NCBI RefSeq assembly: GCF_009914755.1
Contig: NC_060945.1
Strand: one strand, 5' to 3'
Length of the DNA stretch: 64,000 bases
From: the human T2T-CHM13v2.0 reference genome, Homo sapiens
Positions within the stretch are counted from its first letter, which is position 1; each line of letters starts with the position of its first letter. Positions 12,401-27,300 of this stretch are shown piece by piece. The notes beneath the pieces are model-generated. The model was not told the DNA's origin, did no database searches, and worked only from the letters and a program-made list of their open reading frames with translations. The position numbers and the translations under genes were made by a program.

Positions 12401-14449
12401 GGTGATTTAACTCTTGTCTAGGCTGTGCCCACAGGGGGATTGAGACATGTCTCTGCACTGATCCCGAGGTGATCCAATTGTTTCCTGGTCTCTGCCTACT
12501 GGGGACATTGTGACATATCTCTGCACTGATCTCCCAGGTGCTGTAACTTTAGTCTAGGCTCTGGCTACACGGCATTGTGAGATATCACTGCACTGAACAC
12601 CCAGGTGATATAAATCTTTTCTAGGCTCTGCCTACAATGGCCTTGTGACATATCTCTGCACTGATCACCCAGGTGATATAACTCTTCTCTAGGATCTGAC
12701 CACAGGGTGCTTTGTGGCATTTCCCTGCAATGATCACCCAGGTGATATACCACTTGCCAAGGCTCTGCCTACAGGGGCATTGCAATGTATCTCTGCACTG
12801 ATCACCTCGGTCTTGTAACTCTTTTCTAGGATCTGCCCACAGGGTGCCTTGTGACGTATCCCAGCAAGGATTACCCAGGTGATGTACCTCTCATCAAGGC
12901 TCTGCCTACAGGCACATTGCGATGTATCTCTGCACTGATCACCTAGGTCATGTAACTTTCGTCTAGGCTCTGCCTACGATGGCATTGTGACATATCTCTG
13001 CACTAATCATCCAAGTGATGTAACCCTTGTCTAGGATCTGCCTAAATTAACTTTGTGACATAACCCTGTACTGATCATCCAGGTGATGGGGCTTTTGTCT
13101 AGGCTCTGCCTAAGGGGGCATTGTGACATATTTCTGCATTGATCACCCAGGTGGCGAACTCTTCTCTTGGATCTGCCTATGGGGGCATTGTGACAAATCT
13201 CTGCACTGATCACCCAGGTGATGTAACTGTTGTGTAACCTCTCCTACAGGGGAATTGTGAGAGATCTCTCCACTGATCACCCAAGTGATGTAACCATTGT
13301 CTAGGCTTTGCGTACAGGGGGCTTTGTGACATACCTTTGCACTGATCACCCAGGTGATGTAACACATCTAAGTTCGGCCTAAAGGAGCTTTGTGACATAT
13401 CTCTGCACTGATCACTTAGGTGATGGAACACTTTTATAAGCACTGCCTACAGGGAATTTTGACAAATCTCTGCACTGATCACCTAGGTGATGTAACGCTT
13501 GTCTACCCTCTGTCCAACGGGGCATTGTGAAATATCTCTGCACTGATCACCCAGGTGATTCAACTCTTGACTAGGATCTGCCTACAGAGGTTATTGTGAA
13601 ATATCTCTGCACTGATAAACTAGGTGGTGTAATCCTTATCGAAGCTCTGCCTACAGGGGCGTTTTCACATATCCCTGAAGTGATGACAAAGGTGATGTAA
13701 CTCTTGCCTAGGCTTTGCCTACAGGGGACATAGGACATATATCTGCACTGATCACCCAGGTGATGCAACTCTAGCCTAGGCTTTGCCTACAGGGGACATT
13801 GTGACATATCGCTTCAGTGATCACCCATGTGATGCAACTCTTGCCTTGGCTTTGCCTACAGGGCACATTGTGACATAACTCTGCACTGATCTCCCAGGTG
13901 CTGTAACATTAGTCTAGACTCTGGCTACACGGCATTGTGACATATCACTGCACTGATCAACCAGGTGATATAACTCTTGTCTAGGCCCTGCCTACAGGGG
14001 GCTTGTGACATATCTCTGCACTGATCACCCAGGTGATATAACTCTTCTCTAGGATCTGCCTACAGGGTGCTTTGTGACATATCCCTGAAATGATCACCCA
14101 GGTGATCTAACTCTGGTTTAAGCTCTGCCTAAAGGGTCATTGTGACAGATCTCTGCACTGATCACTCAGGTGATGTAACTATTGTCTAGGCTCTGCTTCA
14201 AGGGGCCTTGTCACATACCTCTGCACTGATCACCCAGGTGATGTAACTCTTGTCTAGCCTCTGCTTTCACGGCATATTGTGACATATCCATGCGCTGATC
14301 ACCTTAGTGATGTAACACTTGTGTAGGCTCGGCCTACAGGGGAATATTGACATATCTCTGCACTGTTAACCGAGGTGATTTAACTCTTGTCTAGGCTGTG
14401 CCCACAGGGGTATTGAGACATATCTCTGCACTGATCCCGAGGTGATCCA

Positions 14450-17400
14450 ACTGTTGCCTGGTCTCTGCCTACTGGGGACATTGTGACATATCTCTGCACT
14501 GATCTCCCAGGTGCTGTAACTTTAGTCTAGGCTCTGGCTACACGGCATTGTGACATATCACTGCACTGATCACCGAGGTGATATAAATCTTGTCTAGGCT
14601 CTGCCTACAATGGCCTTGTGACATATCTCTGCACTGATCACCCAGGTGATATAACTCTTCTCTAGGATCTGACCACAGGGTGCTTTGTGGCATTTCCCTG
14701 CAATGATCACCCAGGTGATATACCACTTGCCAAGGCTCTGCCTACAGGGGCATTGCAATGTATCTCTGCACTGATCACCTCGGTCTTGTAACTCTTTTCT
14801 AGGATCTGCCCACAGGGTGCCTTGTGACGTATCCCAGCAAGGATTACCCAGGTGATGTACCTCTCATCAAGGCTCTGCCTACAGGCACATTGCGATGTAT
14901 CTCTGCACTGATCACCTAGGTCATGTAACTTTTGTCTAGGCTCTGCCTACGATGGCATTGTGACATATCTCTGCAGTAATCATCCAAGTGATGTAACCCT
15001 TGTCTAGGATCTGCCTAAATTAACTTTGTGACATAACCCTGTACTGATCATCCAGGTGATGGGGCTTTTGTCTAGGCTCTGCCTAAGGGGGCATTGTGAC
15101 ATATTTCGGCATTGATCACCCAGGTGGCGAACTCTTCTCTTGGATCTGCCTATGGGGGCATTGTGACAAATCTCTGCACTGATCACCCAGGTGATGTAAC
15201 TGTTGTGTAACCTCTGCCTACAGGGCAATGGTGAGAGATCTCGCCACTGATCACCCAAGTGATGTAACCATTGTCTAGGCTTTGCGTACAGGGGGCTTTG
15301 TGACATACCTTTGCACTGATCACCCAGGTGATGTAACACATCTAAGTTCGGCCTAAAGGAGCTTTGTGACATATCTCTGCACTGATCACTTAGGTGATGG
15401 AACACTTTTATAAGCACTGCCTACAGGGAATTTTGACAAATCTCTGCATTGATCACCTAGGTGATGTACTTGTCTACCCTCTGCCCAACGGGGCATTGTG
15501 AAATATCTCTGCACTGATCACCCAGGTGATTCAACTCTTGACTAGGATCTGCCTACAGAGGTTATTGTGAAATATCTCTGCACTGATAAACTAGGTGGTT
15601 TAATCATTACCGAAGCTCTGCCTACAGGGGAGTTTTCACATATCCCTGAAGTGATGACAAAGGTGATGTAACTCTTGCCTAGGCTTTGCCTACAGGGGAC
15701 ATAGGACATATATCTGCACTGATCACCCAGGTGATGCAACTCTAGCCTAGGCTTTGCCTACAGGGGACATTGTGACATATCGCTTCAATGATCACCCATG
15801 TGATGCAACTCTTGCCTAGGCTTTGCCTACAGGGGACATTGTGACATATCTCAGCACTGATGTCCCAGGTGCTGTAACATTAGTCTAGACTCTGGCTACA
15901 CGGAATTGTGACATATCACTGCACTGATCAACCAGGTGATATAACTCTTGTCTAGGCTCTGCCTACAGGGGGCTTGTGACATATCCCTGCAATGATCACC
16001 CAGGTGATCTAACTCTTGTTTAAGCTTTGCCTAAAGGGTCATTGTGACAGATCTCTGCACTGATCACTCAGGTGATGTAACTATTGTCTAGGCTCTGCTT
16101 AAAGGGGCCTTGTCACATACCTCTGCACTGATCACCCAGGTGATGTAACTCTTGTCTAGCCTCTGCTTTCACGGCATATTGTGACATATCAATGCGCTGA
16201 TCACCTTAGTGATGTAACACTTGTGTAGGCTCGGTCTACAGGGGAATATTGACATATCTCTGCACTGTTAACCGAGGTGATTTAAATCTTGTCTAGGCTG
16301 TGCCCACAGGGGGATTGAGACATGTCTCTGCACTGATCCCGAGGTGATCCAACTGTTTCCTGGTCTCTGCCTACTGGGGACATTGTGACATATCTCTGCA
16401 CTGATCTCCCAGGTGCTGTAAATTTAGTCTAGGCTCTGGCTACACGGCATTGTGACATATCACTGCACTGAACACCCAGGTGATATAAATCTTTTCTAGG
16501 CTCTGCCTACAATGGCCTTGTGACATATCTCTGCACTGATCACCCAGGTGATATAACTCTTCTCTAGGATCTGACCACAGGGTGCTTTGTGGCATTTCCC
16601 TGCAATGATCACCCAGGTGATATACCACTTGCCAAGGCTCTGCCTACAGGGGCATTGCAATGTATCTCTGCACTGATCACCTCGGTCTTGTAACTCTTTT
16701 CTAGGATCTGCCCACAGGGTGCCTTGTGACGTATCCCAGCAAGGATTACCCAGGTGATGTACCTCTCATCAAGGCTCTGCCTACAGGCACATTGCGATGT
16801 ATCTCTGCACTGATCACCTAGGTCATGTAACTTTCGTCTAGGCTCTGCCTACGATGGCATTGTGACATATCTCTGCACTAATCATCCAAGTGATGTAACA
16901 CTTGTCTAGGATCTGCCTAAATTAACTTTGTGACATAACCCTGTACTGATCATCCAGGTGATGGGGCTTTTGTCTAGGCTCTGCCTAAGGGGGCATTGTG
17001 ACATATTTCTGCATTGATCACCCAGGTGGCGAACTCTTCTCTTGGATCTGCCTATGGGGGCATTGTGACAAATCTCTGCACTCATCACCCAGGTGATGTA
17101 ACTGTTGTGTAACCTCTGCCTACAGGGGAATTGTGAGAGATCTCGCCACTGATCACCCAAGTGATGTAACCATTGTCTAGGGTTTGCGTACAGGGTGCTT
17201 TGTGACATACCTTTGCACTGATCACCCAGGTGATGTAACACATCTAAGTTCGGCCTAAAGGAGCTTTGTGACATATCTCTGCACTGATCACTTAGGTGAT
17301 GGAACACTTTTATAAGCACTGCCTACAGGGAATTTTGACAAATCTCTGCACTGATCACCTAGGTGATGTAACGCTTGTCTACCCTCTGTCCAACGGGGCA

Positions 17401-18350
17401 TTGTGAAATATCTCTGCACTGATCACCCAGGTGATTCAACTCTTGACTAGGATCTGCCTACAGAGGTTATTGTGAAATATCTCTGCACTGATAAACTAGG
17501 TGGTGTAATCCTTATCGAAGCTCTGCCTACAGGGGCGTTTTCACATATCCCTGAAGTGATGACAAAGGTGATGTAACCCTTGCCTAGGCTTTGCCTACAG
17601 GGGACATAGGACATATATCTGCACTGATCACCCAGGTGATGCAACTCTAGCCTAGGCTTTGCCTACAGGGGACATTGTGACATATCGCTTCAATGATCAC
17701 CCATGTGATGCAAATCTTGCCTAGCCTTTGCCTACAGGGGACATTGTGACATATCTCTGCACTGATCTCCCAGGTGCTGTAACATTAGCCTAGACTCTGG
17801 CTACACGGCATTGTGACATATCACTGCACTGATCAACCAGGTGATATAACTCTTGTCTAGGCCCTGCCTACAGGGGGCTTGTGACATATCTCTGCACTGA
17901 TCACCCAGGTGATATAACTCTTCTCTAGGATCTGCCTACAGGGTGCTTTGTGACATCTCCCTGCAATGATCACCCAGGTGATCTAACTCTTGTTTAAGCT
18001 CTGCCTAAAGGGGCATTGTGACAGACCTCTGCACTGATCACTCAGGTGATGTAACTATTGTCTAGGCTCTGCTTAAAGGGGCCTTGTCACATACCTCTGC
18101 ACTGATCACCCAGGTGATGTAACTCTTGTCTAGTCTCCTCTTTCACGGCATATTGTGACATATCCATGCGCTGATCACCTTAGTGATGTAACACTTGTGT
18201 AGGCTCGGCCTACAGGGGAATATTGACATATCTCTGCACTGTTAACCGAGGTGATTTAAATCTTGTCTAGGCTGTGCCCACAGGGGGATTGAGACATGTC
18301 TCTGCACTGATCCCGAGGTGATCCAACTGTTGCCTGGTCTCTGCCTACTG
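14450..18350 (+). repeat. Duplicated block of ~3.9 kb; similar to ~4720-8620, offset 9729 bp
   Basis: ORF offsets 4809/14538, 5275/15004, 5813/15542, 6711/16440, 7590/17319, 7718/17447. Shared variants GGGTTTGCGTACAGGGTGC, GCAAATCTTGCCTAGCC and GACATCTCCC. Confidence 0.85.
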
Positions 18351-21300
18351 GGGACATTGTGACATATCTCTGCACTGATCTCCCAGGTGCTGTAACTTTA
18401 GTCTAGGCTCTGGCTACACGGCATTGTGACATATCACTGCACTGATCACCCAGGAGAGATAAATCTTGTCTAGGCTCTGCCTACAATGGCCTTGTGACAT
18501 ATCTCTGCACTGATCACCCAGGTGATATAACTCTTCTCTAGGATCTGACCACAGGGTGCTTTGTGGCATTTCCCTGCAATGATCACCCAGGTGATATACC
18601 ACTTGCCAAGGCTCTGCCTACAGGGGCATTGCAATGTATCTCTGCACTGATCACCTCGGTCTTGTAACTCTTTTCTAGGATCTGCCCACAGGGTGCCTTG
18701 TGACGTATCCCAGCAGGGATTACCCAGGTGATGTACCTCTCATCAAGGCTCTGCCTACAGGCACATTGCGATGTATCTCTGCACTGATCACCTAGGTCAT
18801 GTAACTTTTGTCTAGGCTCTGCCTACGATGGCATTGTGACATATCTCTGCACTAATCATCCAAGTGATGTAACCCTTGTCTAGGATCTGCCTAAATTAAC
18901 TTTGTGACATAACCCTGTACTGATCATCCAGGTGATGGGGCTTTTGTCTAGGCTCTGCCTAAGGGGGCATTGTGACATATTTCTGCATTGATCACCCAGG
19001 TGGCGAACTCTTCTCTTGGATCTGCCTATGGGGGCATTGTGACAAATCTCTGCACTGATCACCCAGGTGATGTAACTGTTGTGTAACCTCTGCCTACAGG
19101 GGAATTGTGAGAGATCTCGCCACTGATCACCCAAGTGATGTAACCATTGTCTAGGCTTTGCGTACAGGGGGCTTTGTGACATACCTTTGCACTGATCACC
19201 CAGGTGATGTAACACATCTAAGTTCGGCCTAAAGGAGCTTTGTGACATATCTCTGCACTGATCACTTAGGTGATGGAACACTTTTATAAGCACTGCCTAC
19301 AGGGAATTTTGACAAATCTCTGCACTGATCACCTAGGTGATGTAACGCTTGTCTACCCTCTGTCCAACGGGGCATTGTGAAATATCTCTGCACTGATCAC
19401 CCAGGTGATTCAACTCTTGACTAGTATCTGCCTACAGAGGTTATTGTGAAATATCTCTGCACTGATAAACTAGGTGGTGTAATCCTTATCGAAGCTCTGC
19501 CTACAGGGGCGTTTTCACATATCCCTGAAGTGATGACAAAGGTGATGTAACTCTTGCCTAGGCTTTGCCTACAGGGGACATAGGACATATATCTGCACTG
19601 ATCACCCAGGTGATGCAACTGTAGCCTAGGCTTTGCCTACAGGGGACATTGTGACATATCGCTTCAATGATCACCCATGTGATGCAACTCTTGCCTAGGC
19701 TTTGCCTACAGGGGACATTGTGACATATCTCAGAAGTGATGTCCCAGGTGCTGTAACATTAGTCTAGACTCTGGCTACACGGCATTGTGACATATCACTG
19801 CACTGATCAACCAGGTGATATAACTCTTGTCTAGGCTCTGCCTACAGGGGGCTTGTGACATATCCCTGCAATGATCACCCAGGTGATCTAACTCTTGTTT
19901 AAGCTCTGCCTAAAGGGGCATTGTGACAGATCTCTGCACTGATCACTCAGGTGATGTAACTATTGTCTAGGCTCTGCTTAAAGGGGCCTTGTCACATACC
20001 TCTGCACTGATCACCCAGGTGACGTAACTCTTGTCTAGCCTCTGCTTTCACGGCATATTGTGACATATCCATGCGCTGATCACCTTGGTGATGTAACACA
20101 TGTGTAGGCTCGGCCTACAGGAGAATATTGACATATCTCTGCACTGTTAACCGAGGTGATTTAACTCCTGTCTAGGCTGTGCCCACAGGGGGATTGAGAC
20201 ATGTCTCTGCACTGATCCCGAGGTGATCCTACTGTTGCCTCGTCTCTGCCTACTGGGGACATTGTGACATATCTCTGCACTGATCTCCCAGGTGCTGTAA
20301 CTTTAGTCTAGGCTCTGGCTACACGGCATTGTGACATATCACTGCACTGATCACCCAGGTGATATAAATCTTGTCTAGGCTCTGCCTACAATGGCCTTGT
20401 GACATATCTCTGCACTGATCACCCAGGTGATATAACTCTTCTCTAGGATCTGACCACAGGGTGCTTTGTGGCATTTCCCTGCAATGATCACCCTGGTGAT
20501 ATACCACTTGCCAAGGCTCTGCCTACAGGGGCATTGCAATGTATCTCTGCACTGATCACCTCGGTCTTGTAACTCTTTTCTAGGATCTGCCCACAGGGTA
20601 CCTTGTGACGTATCCCAGCAAGGATTACCCAGGTGATGTACCTCTCATCAAGGCTCTGCCTACAGGCACATTGCGATGTATCTCTGCACTGATCACCTAG
20701 GTCATGTAACTTTTGTCTAGGCTCTGCCTACGATGGCATTGTGACATATCTCTGCAGTAATCATCCAAGTGATGTAACCCTTGTCTAGGATCTGCCTAAA
20801 TTAACTTTGTGACATAACCCTGTACTGATCATCCAGGTGATGGGGCTTTTGTCTAGGCTCTGCCTAAGGGGGCATTGTGACATATTTCGGCATTGATCAC
20901 CCAGGTGGTGAACTCTTCTCTTGGATCTGCCTATGGGGGCATTGTGACAAATCTCTGCACTGATCACCCAGGTGATGTAACTGTTGTGTAACCTCTGCCT
21001 ACAGGGGAATTGTGAGAGATCTCGCCACTGATCACCCAAGTGATGTAACCATTGTCTAGGCTTTGCATACAGGGGGCTTTGTGACATACCTTTGCACTGA
21101 TCACCCAGGTGATGTAACACATCTAAGTTCGGCCTAAAGGAGCTTTGTGACATATCTCTGCACTGATCACTTAGGTGATGGAACACTTTTATAAGCACTG
21201 CCTACAGGGAATTTTGACAAATCTCTGCACTGATCACCTAGGTGATGTAACGCTTGTCTACCCTCTGTCCAACGGGGCATTGTGAAATATCTCTGCACTG

Positions 21301-24300
21301 ATCACCCAGGTGATTCAACTCTTGACTAGGATCTGCCTACAGAGGTTATTGTGAAATATCTCTGCACTGATAAACTAGGTGGTGTAATCCTTATCGAAGC
21401 TCTGCCTTCAGGGGCGTTTTCACATATCCCTGAAGTGATGACAAAGGTGATGTAACTCTTGCCTAGGCTTTGCCTACAGGGGACATAGGACATATATCTG
21501 CACTGATCACCCAGGTGATGCAACTCTAGCCTAGGCTTTGCCTACAGGGGACATTGTGACATATCGCTTCAATGATCACCCATGTGATGCAACTCTTGCC
21601 TAGCCTTTGCCTACAGGGGACATTGTGACATATCTCTGCACTGATCTCCCAGGTGCTGTAACATTAGCCTAGACTCTGGCTACACGGCATTGTGACATAT
21701 CACTGCACTGATCAACCAGGTGATATAACTCTTGTCTAGGCCCTGCCTACAGGGGGCTTGTGACATATCTCTGCACTGATCACCCAGGTGATATAACTCT
21801 TCTCTAGGATCTGCCTACAGGGTGCTTTGCGACATATCCCTGCAATGATCACCCAGGTGATCTAACTCTTGTTTAAGCTCTGCCTAAAGGGGCATTGTGA
21901 CAGACCTCTGCACTGATCACTCAGGTGATGTAACTATTGTCTAGGCTCTGCTTAAAGGGGCCTTGTCACATACCTCTGCACTGATCACCCAGGTGATGTA
22001 ACTCTTGTCTAGCCTCTGCTTTCACGGCATATTGTGATATATCCATGCGCTGATCACCTTAGTGATGTAACACTTGTGTAGGCTCGGCCTACAGGGGAAT
22101 ATTGACATATCTCTGCACTGTTAACCGAGGTGATTTAAATCTTGTCTAGGCTGTGCCCACAGGGGGATTGAGACATGTCTCTGCACTGATCCCGAGGTGA
22201 TCCAACTGTTGCCTGGTCTCTGCCTACTGGGGACATTGTGACATATCACTGCACTGATCACCCAGGAGAGATAAATCTTGTCTAGGCTCTGCCTACAAAG
22301 GCCTTGTGACATATCTCTGCACTGATCACCCAGGTGATATAACTCTTCTCTAGGATCTGACCACAGGGTGCTTTGTGGCATTTCCCTGCAATGATCACCC
22401 AGGTGATATACCACTTGCCAAGGCTCTGCCTACAGGGGCATTGCAATGTATCTCTGCACTGATCACCTCGGTCTTGTAACTCTATTCTAGGATCTGCCCA
22501 CAGGGTGCCTTGTGACGTATCCCAGCAGGGATTACCCAGGTGATGTACCTCTCATCAAGGCTCTGCCTACAGGCACATTGTGATGTATCTCTGCACTGAT
22601 CACCTAGGTCATGTAACTTTTGTCTAGGCTCTGCCTACGATGGCATTGTGACATATCTCTGCACTAATCATCCAAGTGATGTAACCCTTGTCTAGGATCT
22701 GCCTAAATTAACTTTGTGACATAACCCTGTACTGATCATCCAGGTGATGGGGCTTTTGTCTAGGCTCTGCCTAAGGGGGCATTGTGACATATTTCTGCAT
22801 TGATCACCCAGGTGGCGAACTCTTCTCTTGGATCTGCCTATGGGGGCATTGTGACAAATCTCTGCACTGATCACCCAGGTGATGTAACTGTTGTGTAACC
22901 TCTGCCTACAGGGGAATTGTGAGAGATCTCGCCACTGATCACCCAAGTGATGTAACCATTGTCTAGGCTTTGCGTACAGGGGGCTTTGTGACATACCTTT
23001 GCACTGATCACCCAGGTGATGTAACACATCTAAGTTAGGCCTAAAGGAGCTTTGTGACATATCTCTGCACTGATCACTTAGGTGATGGAACACTTTTATA
23101 AGCACTGCCTACAGCGAATTTTGACAAATCTCTGCACTGATCACCTAGGTGATGTAACGCTTGTCTACCCTCTGTCCAACGGGGCATTGTGAAATATCTC
23201 TGCACTGATCACCCAGGTGATTCAACTCTTGACTAGTGTCTGCCTACAGAGGTTATTGTGAAATATCTCTGCACTGATAAACTAGGTGGTGTAATCCTTA
23301 TCGAAGCTCTGCCTACAGGGGCGTTTTCACATATCCCTGAAGTGATGACAAGGGTGATGTAACTCTTGCCTAGGCTTTGCCTACAGGGGACATAGGACAT
23401 ATATCTGCACTGATCACCCAGTTGATGCAACTGTAGCCTAGGCTTTGCCTACAGGGGACATTGTGACATATCGCTTCAATGATCACCCATGTGATGCAAC
23501 TCTTGCCTAGGCTTTGCCTACAGGGGACATTGTGACATATCTCAGCACTGATGTCCCAGGTGCTGTAACATTAGTCCAGACTCTGGCTACACGGCATTGT
23601 GACATATCACTGCACTGATCAACCAGGTGATATAACTCTTGTCTAGGCTCTGCCTACAGGGGGCTTGTGACATATCCCTGCAATGATCACCCAGGTGATC
23701 TAACTCTTGTTTAAGCTCTGCCTAAAGGGGCATTGTGACAGATCTCTGCACTGATCACTCAGGTGATGTAACTATTGTCTAGGCTCTGCTTAAAGGGGCC
23801 TCGTCACATACCTCTGCACTGATCACCCAGGTGATGTAACTCTTGTCTAGCCTCTGCTTTCACGGCATATTGTGACATATCCATGCGCTGAACACCTTAG
23901 TGATGTAACACTTGTGTAGGCTCGGCCTACAGGGGAATGTTGACATATCTCTGCACTGTTAACCGAGGTGATTTAACTCGTGTCAAGGCTGTGCCCACAG
24001 GGGGATTGAGACATGTCTCTGCACTGATCCCGAGGTGATCCAACTGTTGCCTGGTCTCTGCCTACTGGGGACATTGTGACATATCTCTGCACTGATCTCC
24101 CAAGTGCTGTAACTTTAGTCTAGGCTCTGGCTACACGGCATTGTGACATATCACTGCACTGATCACCCAGGTGATATAAATCTTGTCTAGGCTCTGCCTA
24201 CAATGGCCTTGTGACATATCACTGCACTGATCACCCAGGTGATATAACTCTTCTCTAGGATCTGACCACAGGGTGCTTTGTGGCATTTCCCTGCAATGAT

Positions 24301-27300
24301 CACCCAGGTGATATACCACTTGCCAAGGCTCTGCCTACAGGGGCATTGCAATGTATCTCTGCACTGATCACCTCGTTCTTGTAACTCTTTTCTAGGATCT
24401 GCCCACAGGGTGCCTTGTGACGTATCCCAGCAAGGATTACCCAGGTGATGTACCTCTCATCAAGGCTCTGCCTACAGGCACATTGCGATGTATCTCTGCA
24501 CTGATCACCTAGGTCATGTAACTTTTGTCTAGGCTCTGCCTACGATGGCATTGTGACATATCTCTGCACTAATCATCCAAGTGATGTAACCCTTGTCTAG
24601 GATCTGCCTAAATTAACTTTGTGACATAACCCTTTACTGATCATCCAGGTGATGGGGCTTTTGTCTAGGCTCTGCCTTAAGGGGGCATTGTGACATATTT
24701 CTGCATTGATCACCCAGGTGGCGAACTCTTCTCTTGGATCTGCCTATGGGGGCATTGTGACAAATCTCTGCACTCATCACCCAGGTGATGTAACTGTTGT
24801 GTAACCTCTGCCTACAGGGGAATTGTGAGAGATCTCGCCACTGATCACCCAAGTGATGTAACCATTGTCTAGGCTTTGCGTACAGGGGGCTTTGTGACAT
24901 ACCTTTGCACTGATCACCCAGGTGATGTAACACATCTATGTTCGACCTAAAGGAGCTTTGTGACATATCTCTGCACTGATCACTTAGGTGATGGAACACT
25001 TTTATAAGCACTGCCTACAGGGAATTTTGACAAATCTCTGCACTGATCACCTAGGTGATGTAACGCTTGTCTACCCTCTGTCCAACGGGGCATTGTGAAA
25101 TATCTCTGCACTGATCACCCAGGTGATTCAACTCTTGACTAGGATCTGCCTACAGAGGTTATTGTGAAATATCTCTGCACTGATAAACTAGGTGGTGTAA
25201 TCCTTATCGAAGCTCTGCCTACAGGGGCGTTTTCACATATCCGTGAAGTGATGACAAAGGTGATGTAACCCTTGCCTAGGCTTTGTCTACAGGGGACATA
25301 GAACATATATCTGCACTGATCACCCACGTGATGCAACTCTAGCCTAGGCTTTGCCTACAGGGGACATTGTGACATATCGCTTCAATGATCACCCATGTGA
25401 TGCAACTCTTGCCTAGGCTTTGCCTACAGGGGACATTGTGACATATCTCTGCACTGATCTCCCAGGTGCTGTAACATTAGTCTAGACTCTGGCTACACGG
25501 CATTGTGACATATCACTGCACTGATCAACCAGGTGATATAACACTTGTCTAAGCCCTGCCTACAGGGGGCTTGTGACATATCTCTGCACTGATCACCCAG
25601 GTGATATAACTCTTCTCTAGGATCTGCCTACAGGGTGCTTTGCGACATATCCCTGCAATGATCACCCAGGTGATCTAACTCTTGTTTAAGCTCTGCCTAA
25701 AGGGGCATTGTGACAGACCTCTGCACTGATCACTCAGGTGATGTAACTATTGTCTAGGCTCTGCTTAAAGGGGCCTTGTCACATACCTCTGTACTGATCA
25801 CCCAGGTGATGTAACTCTTGTCTAGCCTCTGCTTTCACTGCATATTGTGACATATCTATGCGCTGATCACCTTAGTGATGTAACACTTGTGTAGGCTCGG
25901 CCTACAGGGGAATATTGACATATCTCTGCACTGTTAACCGAGGTGATTTAACTCTTGTCTAGGCTGTGCCCACAGGGGAATTGAGACATGTCTCTGCACT
26001 GATCCCGAGGTGATCCAACTGTTGCCTGGTCTCTGCCTACTGGGGACATTGTGACATATCTCTGCAGTGATCTCCCAGGTGCTGTAACTTTAGTCTAGGC
26101 TCTGGCTACACGGCTTTGTGAGATATCACTGCACTGATCACCCTGGTGATATAAATCTTGTCTAGGCTCTGCCTACAATGGCCTTGTGACATATCTCTGC
26201 ACTGATCACCCAGGTGATATAACTCTTCTCTAGGATCTGACCACAGGGTGCTTTGTGGCATTTCCCTGCAATGATCACCCAGGTGAAATACCACTTGCCA
26301 AGGCTCTGCCTACAGGGGCATTGCAATATATCTCTGCACTTATCACCTCGGTCTTGCAACTCTTTTCTAGGATCTGCCCACAGGGTGCCTTGTGACGTAT
26401 CCCAGCAAGGATTACCCAGGTGATGTACCTCTCATCAAGGCTCTGCCTACAGGCACATTGCGATGTATCTCTGCACTGATCACCTAGGTCATGTAACTTT
26501 GTCTAGGCTCTGCCTACGATGGCATTGTGACATATCTCTGCACTAATCATCCAAGTGATGTAACCCTTGTCTAGGATCTGCCTAAATTAACTTTGTGACA
26601 TAACCCTGTACTGATCATCCAGGTGATGGGGCTTTTGTCTAGGCTCTGCCTAAGGGGGCATTGTGACATATTTCTGCATTGATCACCCAGGTGGCGAACT
26701 CTTCTCTTGGATCTGCCTATGGGGGCATTGTGACAAATCTCTGCACTGATAACCAAGGTGATGTAACGGTTGTGTAACCTCTGCCTACAGGGGAATTGTG
26801 AGAGATCTCGCCACTGATCACCCAAGTGATGAAACCATTGTCTAGGCTTTGCGTACAGGGGGCTTTGTGACATACCTTTGCACTGATCACCCAGGTGATG
26901 TAACACATCTAAGTTCGGCCTAAAGGAGCTTTGTGACATATCTCTGCACTGATCACTTAGGTGATGGAACACTTTTATAAGCACTGCCTACAGGGAATTT
27001 TGACAAATCTCTGCACTGATCACCTAGGTGATGTAACGCTTGTCTACCCTCTGTCCAACGGGGCATTGTGAAATATCTCTGCACTGATCACCCAGGTGAT
27101 TCAACTCTTGACTAGGATCTGCCTACAGAGGTTATTGTGAAATATCTCTGCACTGATAAACTAGGTGGTGTAATCCTTATCGAAGCTCTGCCTACAGGGG
27201 CGTTTTCACATATCCCTGAAGTGATGACAAAGGTGATGTAACTCTTGCCTAGGCTTTGCCTACAGGGGACATAGGACATATATCTGCACTGATCACCCAG

